From Mytilus trossulus (lineage: Eukaryota), in NCBI RefSeq assembly GCF_036588685.1, contig NC_086376.1, positions 74,751,630 to 74,815,629 on the forward strand: a stretch of 64,000 nucleotides of DNA, read 5' to 3'. How positions within the stretch are numbered: position 1 is the first letter of the stretch; each line of letters starts with the position of its first letter. Positions 39,601 through 52,200 of this stretch are shown in pieces. The position numbers and the translations under genes were made by a program. The notes below the pieces were generated by a model. That model did not search any database and was not told where the DNA came from. It saw only the letters and a program-made list of their open reading frames with translations.

Positions 39601-42600
39601 TATATATCATTGTATATATTTGGGATGAAATTGAAAATTATGTTTATTTTGGATTTTGTGAAATTTGAACTGTATTTGACATTTCTTCATGAATGTGACA
39701 AATGTACAAAGTACATGTATATATATATGTTAAATGTGTCAGGTTTAGATTTAAAACCATGAAATACATTAACAAGCCAGGTAGATTGGCTCCTCCAGAA
39801 TCATTTGAAAATGTGTCATTCAAAACTAAAAAATACAAGACTTTGCACTATGTATATTTACATCATGTATATATACATGCATATTGTATGTCATGAGAAA
39901 TATTTTCTGAATTACAAATTTCTGCCAACTAATAAAGTTATTCTCCTCGAATCCTCAACCCCTAGATTTGTCATTGCTTATAAAGAAACTATAAACTAGA
40001 ATCAGTACTACAGAATTCGACTTTCAGAACTATCTGGGGTAAACATTTACTGGTAATTAAAATGTCTACTTTAATGAAATTTGGATAACTTTTTATGTTA
40101 TGATTAACGTAATGTGAATGTGAGCCAATTGACCAGATGTCCAATATGTTTCTCCGTTAAGAATGTATCATGTATTTCTAATACCACATAAATACAACAG
40201 GGAAAAATGTGATTCTACTTTGTAAACCTGTAAAGGTTGTAATGAGCCCCATCATTCAGGATTGATGTAGTGGTACATGTACACATTTAAATAAGGTTAC
40301 TGATTTGTGTTGCAATATATACAGATATACATCATGTACAGTGTACATATATATAATTTTATCTTATTGCAAGGGGAGAAAATTTATGCTGTATCACACT
40401 TAATGTGATATTAAGTTTGATTTATAACTATTTTTAACAAACAGCCTTACATGCATGTACTTGAACTGCTTAATTCATCTGTTCATTAATAGTATTTATT
40501 AAATCTCAGTGTAAATCATCACACATATATGTTGTACATTAATACATGCAGGATTAATTTGATTTTTGAAATGGACAAAGAAAGGTAACTCTCAAAAAAG
40601 TTTGTTTATAACATTTGACTTTATGCAATATTTAAGTGCATGATTTGATGTGTAGTTGAAAAAGATGTGGAAACATTTATACTTCATGGACATGATGATG
40701 CATAAGTATTTTGTACTTATACCATGTATACACTTCTTTCACTTGAAGTTAAAAGAATATGTACAGTTGTACATGTATTATGAAGCCTGAAGGTTTTGTT
40801 GGCAAACAATATTGGTCCAGATCATTTGTATAACGAATCACATAAAAAAAGGAGGCATTGTCACTGTCTTTGGCCACATTTCCAAATATACATATACATT
40901 TGTCAATTAGAATTAGATCAAATTGTAGGTTAAACTAACACATCTTGTTATATTTGAAATAAAATACACATGTATTGAACATTAAAAGATACATTAGTAC
41001 AACAGTTCAACTTCTGTTAAATAACTTGCTAAATAGTGAATTCGACAGCCCAAGGCTTTTGAATGTCCACTAGACAATTATGATTTTAATTTAGTCATAT
41101 ATGGACAGTTTAGTTTTATATTGCATTTCAAATATATATTTAAAAGCTGACTAAAAAATACTAGTAATAGTTGAATGCATGCCTATTACATGTACACAAG
41201 GAAACAGCAGAAATAGACCGATATAAGTATTGTCATGCTTAAGGAAATCTTTTAGAAAATCAGGAAATAGATAAAATCGAAGACAATTGATTGAGTTCAG
41301 TATTTTTTTTCGTAATTACATGTTCATCAAATTGATGTTTAGTAATTAACATGCAATACATTAAGATGGATTATTTACCATCATAGATATAACAAAAGTT
41401 GGGGAAAGTAATAATTATTTTGGTTTTCTCACCAGTCTTACTAAATAAAATGTTTGAAACAAGTTTTTGAATTAAAAGTAAATACTAGTACTTATTGGAC
41501 CTTAAAATTTGTATTGTGGCAAATTGTTCTTGCAGTTTAAGTTACAATTTAAAATTGCTTATAGATTCTGATGGTTTATGCACCTTCAATATCTAGGTCT
41601 TTGATGTAAACTGGTTAGATCTAAGATTTATTTTGATATTTTCCTGCACCTGCTTAATTGATTTATGTAGATGTTACATCATTTTAAGACACATTTTTCT
41701 CATACAAAAATAAATACAGTTTCAATTGATATTCTTATATTCACCAATAGTATATATAGTAAGACACTTTCAATTAAAGACAGTAAAACGCTTGCCAAAG
41801 TGGGGCGTCCGTTTGGCTGTGCGGGACGTATCAAGTTCGCAGTCACGTCCGGTTTAGAAGGGGGATGTTAAATCCGATGCCTCATGTACATGTAAAGAGA
41901 GTGCCACGCTCTTTGCACGTTAAGAACCCTTGCAACAAATCTTTGAGGGGTCCGTAGGTGGCCTGTTGCAAGGCAAAATTTCTGTCCCTATCCAACATAC
42001 GCTTATTTTCCAGTGGCAGTCCAAATTTCTCCGACCATCATCCCAGATGGCCTCTATTGTATCAACCTACCTATTTTATTTATTGTGAACTTGTTCTCGT
42101 CCTGAATATGCATGAAATATTTGCCACTGGACGTTAAGCAACCAACAATCAATCAAATCAATTAAAGACAAGTTTTAATTAAAGATGCCTAAAATTATGT
42201 AAAAAGCCCTATGAACATTGATGTAGAGACAGGGTCCCCCCATCAAAGTTGAATAGTAGCAAGGTCTCTACTCCATGAAGAAATGTTAGGAACCACTATT
42301 TACAGATAAATATTGAGTTTGACCCATTATACATAATAACAAAGAACAAGTTAAATATTTGCTTGCATTATATATAAAGACACTCATTGACAATATGCTT
42401 TTATTCATAGCAAATTTAAAATGAACTTGTGAATGTTCATACCTTAGTTAGAAATGTGGATATAAATTTTAATCATAATTATTATTTAAACAAAATTATG
42501 TAAAATTGTGGCTAGAGTAGCAATCTAACAATCTCAATATATCTCAGGATGATAGATAGATAAAATATTGATTTCATCAAATTATCATATAGATCATTAT

Positions 42601-45600
42601 TTGTTTTTGTTTTTCAAATCAATACACTTCCTTTTCCCTTTTACTTAGATTGTAGTTCTAGGTTATATTAGGTCTTCAATACTGATCATTCATTTTAAAA
42701 CTGAAAATACCTCAAGTGTTCAAATTTGCCTTAAGCATGTAGAGATATTTACGAAGTCATTTAGATTACATATATGGTTGTCATAAATAACTAATGACCT
42801 TAAACAATGACTATGAAGCTTCTTGTTAAATATGTAGATCACATTTTATGTTGCAGAATGTTTTAAAATACTTCAGTAATAAAAAAAAGATTGGGTCTTG
42901 ATTAGAAGTTTAACTGTATAACATCTAACTGTAAATTTTAGGCCTTTTAAAGATGAAAACAGAAAGTTCAATTAAATGTTGAACAAGCTATTAGGATAGA
43001 ATTGATCAATCCATGAATTTCATTAGTGTGAATATTGATAAGAACTGGAGAACTGTAAATTTTAGGCCTTTTAAAGTGAAAACTGAAAGTTCAATTAAAA
43101 TGTTGAACAAGCTATTTGGACAAAATTGATAAATCCATGAATTTCATTAGTGTAAATTTTCATAGAAACTAGATGCAAATTCACTGTATTGTTATATAAT
43201 TATATAAAAGGTATCATAAGAAACTGAAGGTACCATTTTAATTAAGCCATATATAGGAAATTGACAATCATAAAAGTAAATTGAATCTATCTTGTATATA
43301 GATTTGAATTAGATTTTATAGATGCACTTTGTTCAAATAGCCTAATGACCCTTAAAAAAATGATTTAGAAATATTTTAAGCTGATATTGAACAGTTTTTT
43401 TTAGGTTATATATTATTAAGAATATAAACAGGCAGAGAGTCATATCATTTTTACATACAAAAAAGTCATGACTTATTAGTTAACAATTGTTTGAATATGT
43501 TAGAGAAAATTCTGTTCAGATAAAGCTTCATGTGATAAATTCATTCTTATACAATGTTCTAGTTTGTTATTTCAAATCATTGAAATGGATTAAGTCAGTT
43601 TAGTGGCCATGGTATGTCAATGATACATGGTATGCAGCATATATATAGGCACATCTCATTCTACAGGGATATTATTTGCTCCGGCCCCCTCATGCAGTCC
43701 AGGTCCAATGAACACTAACAAAGTCATCTTGGGATAACATTTCAGTCATCAGCTTCATGGAACTCGCATATTGATATTATTTATAAAAAAGCATGCTCTC
43801 GTCTATCTGTGCTTCGTCAAGTTAAATATTTATTAGATAGGAGTTCACTTATACGTATTTATTATGCTTTTATTAGACCTATATTAGAGTATGGTGATGT
43901 TGTATGGGGCAATTGCTCCCAGCACGAGTCTGAGCTTCTTGAAAGTATTCAGATAGAAGCCGCTAGAATTATTACAGGCTTACGACGTAATTCCTCCAGA
44001 CAAAAACTTTATATTGAATTAGGTTTAGAAACTCTGGAGAATAGACGTAATAAACATAAGCTTATACTATTCTATAAAATATTAAATGGGATGACACCTG
44101 CATACTTATATGAGTTAGTCCAGCCATATCTTCCCAGACAAACCCCTTATACTTTGAGGAATGAAAATAACACTTTTCATCCGCCTCTTGCTAGAACTAG
44201 CTCTTATTTTAATAGTTTCATTCCTTCCACTATAAGACTTTGGAATAGTCTTCCTTTGAGTTTACAAAAATCCCCAAGTTTGGGTATATTTAGAAGTGGA
44301 CTGGAAAAGTTTTATAGGACTGATGATATATTTAAACCTTTCAACTATGGGATAAGGAAACTTAATATAAGTCATTGTCAACTCAGAAATAATGCTAGCA
44401 ACCTAAAATCTCATCTGTTTAACCAGTTCTTATCAGAGAACACTGTTTGTGTAAACTGTAATCACCCTGTTGAGGATAACAAACATTTCTTTTTCATTTG
44501 CCCTAAGTACAATGATGTAAGACAGATCCTTCTTGATTCCATTAACTCCATTGCTGACAATGTTGATATAAATATTGAATTATTACTTTTTGGAAACAGA
44601 TTATTTTCATATGATATGAATATTGCTATTTTTAAATCTGTTCATAAATATATCAGTGACACTCATCGTTTTGTTTAAAACTTACTTATTTTTTGCTTCA
44701 TTTAGTTTTATTTTTTATTTTTTTTTCTTCTCCACTTAAACATTAATTCATTTTATCCACTAAGCAAGCTTAGTGTCTCTTTCAAGCCATATATATATAT
44801 ATTTCTAATGACTTATAAAGGATATTTGCATGTTTCAAGGTTCTTGAATATATGATGAGTAATTGCCTATATATACTTAAATATACTTTGCATTTAGTAA
44901 GTAACACTGTAAACATTTATTTTCTTGTGTGTGCTCATAAGTAGCATGCATATTCCACTATATTGCATTATTTTAAATACAGTTGTTATAATTGAATTAT
45001 ACCTTGAACATGTAATATGGAGAGAGCTTTTATAGGCTGTGCCTGTTGCTCAATCCTTTTCATATCTTAATGAATAAAATATGTTTAAAATCTAAAACAA
45101 AGTACAGAAGAGATAAATTTTGAATTATTTAAAACACTAAATTTTCTCTAAGATACAAGAATATATCTGAATTTTTAGACTAGAGAAAATTGTATATACC
45201 GTTACATTGAGTATTCTATGTTAAGATTTGAATGTTATAGATATTATCTAGATTCAAGCCTGAGGCCTTCATACATAGAAAATGCATTTACAGTTAAATA
45301 AGGCATAAAAGTTATTCATGAAAGTCAAACAATTTACATGCATTTTACGACGCTGAAAATAGTGAGGATTAATATATGTACAAACCTATAAAATTTGTTA
45401 AAAAAATGAGAGAATGAAAGAAAGGGTTTGGAGGAAGAATACTGGTGGAACCTTGTGATACAGGTTTATATCTAGTACCCTGGGGTAAAAGCTCTCTGAT
45501 TTATATACCTCTGTTATATAATGTTTATTGCATATGCAGAAATATTTGTTATGATAATGCACTATGCAATATCACCACCAGATGGTTTTTTAACTAAATC

Positions 45601-46239
45601 ACTTTGTGCATACTATGCATACAAATAACATCAGTAAACTGCTTTTGTTTAATGGAGCGATTTTTTTTTAACCACAGCTATCTTCGAAGATTTACATATG
45701 ATGTCACGTTGGCTAATTATCCAGCAACAGGAACAGAGCGATACTAAAACTAAAGTTAAAAAAAAAACTTTGCTCACTTTCTTCAATGATCATAATAATC
45801 AATAATGTTATTTTAGAAAATCTTAAGAAAATCATATAATAAAAAGAATGTAATTGGTTATTTTTTTCAGAAATCTGTTTTCCAGAAAAGCTAAAGAATC
45901 TGAAGATGATGCTGAGCAAGGATGGAAATTATTTGGTAGAATTCCTCCAAAGCAAGCTCCTGATAAAGATCCTCAACAGATAACACAGGAATTCAATAAC
46001 AAACTCAGATCAGTAGCTCAACCAAAGAATAGTAAACATACTGATATAGAAGTCATGTCTACCACTGCTCTTATTCTAGAGAATAGACCACAGTAAGTCT
46101 TAACTCAGATCAGTAGCTCAACCAAAGAATAGTAAACATACTGATATAGAAGTCATGTCTACCACTGCTCTTATTCTAGAGAATAGACCACAGTAAGTCT
46201 AATACAGTAACATACTGTCAGTGTTCTGTCTTCATACCC

Positions 46240-46271
<32 letters not shown>

Positions 46272-49200
46272 TTGAAGACAAATGTTAAAGCTCTGTTAAA
46301 GTCAACGTTCTGTTTGAAAACTGTTAAAGTCCAGTTTATGAGTCCAAATAAAGCCCCCTCCCCCCTTGGAAATTCCTGGCTACATGCCTGGTCTTATGTC
46401 ACAGGTTAAAAGTTGAAAATTTTTCTTCAATTTCAGTTTTGAGTTTCAGATTTCAGAACTTGCACATTTCAAATTCATGGGGAATGTCATATGGGGTTTT
46501 CCAATAGCACATCAGATGATCTGTATCAACCTTAATTAAACACCAATAGAATCCCAAGTGTTTCGCTCAAGGAATTATAATGATTGAGGGTTGATCATTT
46601 ACACTTAATTATACACCTCAAATAGATGTTTTTCATAAGAGTTGTTACATGATGTAAGACTGATTAGGGGTTAAAGCCATTGCAAGAGTGACTGATATCA
46701 AATTTATTTTGTATGCTGGATACAGCAGAATTGTCATTTTTTTCATACAATTTACTTGTACTTACATTGACTTTATACAGCTATTTATATAATAAATAAA
46801 AAAATAATTTAGTGGAACAATTTATAAAATTCATGGTTAATGTTAACCAGGAAAATACTAAAAAATTGTCTCTCTACAAGAAAAAGGTAGATGAAGCTAA
46901 GTCAACTGCTGTCAAGTCTTGATATATACAAGTATTGGTGGAAACTGCTTCACATCCTCATGAATCTTAGCACTGAATAAAGTCTAATAAATGTTGCTTT
47001 ATGTCAATATTTTCAATATTTGATTTTCTCAGCCTGAAATTATGTGATCAAATGAAACAGAAGCTAAACGTTTAAACAAATGATAGTTCAGTATGTATGA
47101 GGCAGAAAAGAAAATGATGATAATCGCAATACAATTATGAATAAAACTTAACATTGTAAGATCTGTGCTATTATTAAGATTCATGTAGAAATCAAAATAG
47201 TTGAATTTTCCCCCTTCATTTACATAACTATATGTTGTCGACTATATGTTGTCCGTAATAGAATGCAAAGCCGTAATAATTATGGAGAAATTGGAACGAA
47301 AAAAGATTTTAAAAGCTAAGATAGTATAATTAATATCTTCCATGTCTTAAACATTCTATCTCGGTTATTGATTTTTCCTAAGAATAATGTTAATGCTATC
47401 TTTGATGATTGTACAAGATTAGAATTTCCAATAAAGCATAGAACAAAGTAACATGATAGCTAATTAAGCCTTTAATTAATAGGAATCTACCAACCAAAGA
47501 TCCAGAAGAGGCAGAGAAACACAGACAACAGTATGAAGCAATGGTAGAGGCTGCTAGGAAAAAGGGTAGGGGAGAAACATCAGATTTCAACACTCAGACA
47601 ATGCTACTATAATTGGGCTTGGGCCTTAATTATTAGCTTAAGATGTCTGCAGTGCTAAATGTAATACTTCAATTATTTGGGCCCCTAGATGAAAAATTAT
47701 TGTCTTTTTCCTTGCTTGTATACATTTTCATTTTCAACCAATGGTAATTATGACCATCCAATATGTTTACTCAATGTAATCAGACAGACATCAGACAAAC
47801 AAAGTTACTTGATTGTATAGGTAATTACTAGAAATCCTTATCTTTTGATCAACCAATTTCTGTTGGTTTAAAGAAATAGATGATATTTGATAGAAACCTT
47901 AATTTTATATTTTCATAATTATCTAGATTATGTCCTCATCTTGAGGCCCTCTTTTTTAAGTTTTATGTAAATCCTTTACTTAAATACAGATGCATACATT
48001 CTCTTTAAGTTTACTTAAATCAAGATCCAGTTTTGTGACACGCTTATTGACAAGTTCTGTCTGTCTGTCTGTACAAATTTTGTTCAGGTCTGATAATTTG
48101 ATGAAGAGTTATGGTCCTTGGACTTAGAAAATTCACTGAGATAAGCAGTTTTCCAGTATTCAAACAAGAAAACTAGCGGCTTAATTTATGTAACAGAAAA
48201 TGAACATAAAACAAATGAATTTGAATCTCAAATGAACCAAGTGTCTCTATCCATTTAGCTATCTGTTTTTCTGGGTTCTTTAAGTAAAGCAACCACTTTA
48301 ATGATCCGTGATCAATTCTCACTGCAAACTTTCTTCCGTTCAGGTATAAGGTCAGATTTTGCAAGATGAGATCCACAGTTGTAAACTTTGACTTGTTAGT
48401 CATTGACAAAATAGAGGGGGGGGGTATGAGGTCCAAACCAGTAATTTGACTTTGGTTCTTTGTTTTAGTAGGCACTTTATATAGATTAGACCGTTGGTTT
48501 TCCCGTTTGAATGTTTTTACACTAGTAATTTTGGGGCCCTTTATAGCTTGTTGTTCGGTGTGAGCCAAGGCTCCGTGTTGAAGGCCATACTTCAACCTAT
48601 AATGGTTTACTTTTTAAATTGTTATTTGGATGGAGAGTTGTCTCATTGGCACTCACACCACATCTTCCTATATCTACTTGATTGATGACTTGATAACAAT
48701 ATTCAGCACTTGCTTATTAAATTTTTATGACATGAAGGTGTGGGGGCATTATTATTTTTGTCTGAGCTTGTCCATTCATTCCATAGCAGGTCTTAAATTT
48801 GATTACGGTAGCTTGCAATGAAGTTGTGTTCAAATCCAATAGACCACTTTCGAGTTCATCCGTCACCGGAAAAAACTCTTCAATTATACGCGCCTTTATC
48901 ACCGTCATTTGTGCGTTTAGGGGCGTCGTCACTTCCTTCCAATGTTGAGCGAGTGGTTGGAAAACTATAATTCTATATTGTACGAATTATTCGGCAAATT
49001 GAATTCTCAAAATTGACAATCAACACTGCTGTCATTGGGGAATTGTCAGTAAGTACCTACAGAGCAACCATTATTTCTAGTTTATCCTGCACAAAGACGA
49101 TCACTAAGACGCTTGATGAACGTAAATAGTGCAGGGATACAGGCGAGCCCCTCTATCTGGTAAATGACGTCATAAAGGCGTGCATAATTGACGAGTTTTT

Positions 49201-52200
49201 GCCGGTGACGGATGAACTCGAAAGTGGTCTATTGAAACTAAGAACATGTTCATTATGATGTAAACTTTTAAAAACTAGAGTTTTAACCCACGTTTGCATG
49301 GTTCTGTAACCATGAAATAATTAAACAATTAAAAATCGAATTTAAATCAAATATACACACGTTCTTTAATATTGAAGGTAAACTGATATTTTCATTGTTT
49401 GTCATTTTAGAATTAAAGGAATTAAAGATGAAGAAAAAACAAAAGCAACAACAATTGAAAAATGAAGACAAAGTTGTTTGTGCAGCTAAAAGATGGACAG
49501 ATGAAATATTACCAAACTGGGAAGCAATGTATGTTAATTTCATTTTGTTGTTAACAACATGTTTACATTATGTCATAATTGAAAATTTATATTGTACAGT
49601 TACATTACATAATATATTGTAATAATGTTTTCTTGATCCAAGAAATTGTATCAAAAGTTTGTAATCAGCAAATTAAATTTTAAAATGTTTAAGAAAACTT
49701 TAAATTATATTAAAACAATGAGTAAATTATCAAGAACTGCCCACAAATTTCAATTTAATTTTCTTTTTTCTGTTTGTTAGGGGTGTTCTATTGAAATAGA
49801 TGAAAGGGTTAAGCAGGGAAGTATTTTTTGGACATGGTTGTTAGTCATTTAATGTGAGATGAAAATTTGATGTATGCAAATTATTTAATGAAAGTATCTT
49901 AGTTGATATCCTTTCCTATTCTCCAATATCTTCATGGAATATCCTAGCCATCATTTATTGTCTGTATGTAAGACTTGCTTTATAAGATGGCTCACTAGCT
50001 AAACCGCATTAATAAAAATCAACCAAACTTGATAATCTACTACATATTATGTAGTGTTGTATATCATACACTTCATTTTAATGACAACCTTTTTAGAATA
50101 TATTCGAAAGATATGAAATAAACAAGGAAAAAGAAAGTAAAAAGATAGGCATGTCAGTATGATTTAGAATTATTATTGAACACTTATAAAATATTTTCAC
50201 AACATATTTCCTGTACAAATATAAGAAGATGTGATATGATTTTCAATGAGATTTCAATGAGACAACTATCCATCAAAGTTCAAATGAAGTTGATGTACAG
50301 TGTCTGTTTTGAGTCAGTATAGGTTTAGCTGCATTATATACTTTTTTACTCATCTATTATCCTTATGTAATTTGATTGATGTCTAAGGAGGGGAGAATTA
50401 AGTACATATCAAATGCATAGATTTATTAGTAAATACTTAGAAAGAATACTTGAAAATTTCGGTGAATGTGTTTTTGTGCTTGCCGGGAGGATTGAAAACA
50501 CAGTGACGATTGGATCACCACTTACATAAAGCTGGCGTTGATTGGTCCGCATATCTTAACTTATGATACTAAATAATAGGATTTAATATCTGAATTAGGG
50601 AAACGGGGATGTAGTTTGTATATATACTTACATCATGAACTTGAAAAGTGTGAATAATTTAAAAGAAAAAAAAGAAAAAAAATAATTTAATGGAAACATC
50701 GTGAAATTTTCATGTAGATTTTTAAACTTGGAAATATCAAGTTTTTTTCTGCTTCATTTTTAGCAAGACAACTACAAGATTTAATCGCATTTTGTAACAA
50801 TATTAAGAATCTTATTACCGGATATATTTAAAAAAAATGAAGGAAAAATAATGATAGCATATTTATTGACTATAGTTGCTTTCCCTTGCTCATAAATTAT
50901 AAATGAGGAGATGTGATATATAATTTCCAATGAGACATCTAACTTCCCGAGTCGAAAGAATGAGGATATAAAGTGTATACTGCATATAGAATTAAATCTA
51001 TAAAAGGTGCTTGCATGTCAAAATGTGAAACAATTAAAAAATATAACATTAATTTATAACCTAGGCCTTATATAATAGATCTTTTTGAACATTTTTCTCA
51101 GGAAATCACAAAAGAAAACAAGAGAGTTATGGTGGCATGGTATTCCTACTAATGTTAGAGGAAGAGTGTGGCAGCTAGCATTTGGAAATGATCTCAATGT
51201 TACTAAAGGTATGGTTTAATGCTAAGCAATATATGATATATTAAATTTTATTAGAAGTCCCTAAAATTTTTGGGTTCCATGGTTTCTTCAATAAATCATC
51301 TAGTACAAATCCATTTAAAATTTGTGTTTTGTTGATCAGTTTTATAGATATGCAAGTTTTACAGCGCTATCATTATTGAGGATTGTTGCTTGGTTCTAAG
51401 CTGATCATGATGATTAATGTGTCGTTTGTATTTAGGGATGTTCAAGAATTAAATGCATGGTGGGCATGGGAGGCGCTTTTTAAGACCAAAATCGTGCATA
51501 CTTTAAAATTTTAAAGTTCTTACAAAATTCTATACAACCACCCATGAGAAATAAAATTTGGGTGTTGGCTATTTCCCAGCCACAATCCATTTATGAATAG
51601 TCAAAAGGCTCTTTATTCAAATAATTGATCAGAATTCAATTATGACATTAAAATTCAATACCACTTCCTGTTTTGCTATTTCATGGCAATACATGTAAAG
51701 AATTTAAATTTTGCAGATCATTAGGAAGGAAAAATGGTGGCCTATATGTATTATTACTAAACAGTTAACAGAATAAAAATGAGAACTACTTAGACCACTA
51801 AGCCACCATAGCTTGTTAAAAAGACTATTTTTATTGTTGCATAAGAGATTTTTCCACCCAAAATAAATCAAGTCGTGATCTACAAACATATAATGATCCA
51901 AAACACAAAACATTTCTAAATGAAATACTATAAAGCAAACACTGTTTAGATTTGGTCTGTTTTTAATTCAAATGTTTGGAATGATAGTTTATGGAATCAT
52001 CACGTATTGATATAAGATCAAATAAAGACTGCATTATATATTGCTAAAAATAATTCAATATGATAAAAGCACTTTGAAAGAATATAAATTTCAATTCTTC
52101 TTTGAAATAATGTTAAACTCTGGATTCATTTTATATATTCGTGGGTATCAATTTTAGTGGATAAACGAAAACTTGTGTTTTTGGAGATAGATTTTATTGG

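Noticed and set aside
48173-48595. 140-aa ORF as a gene
   Set aside because: Chimera of a dispersed repeat and a short Gypsy RNase H remnant.
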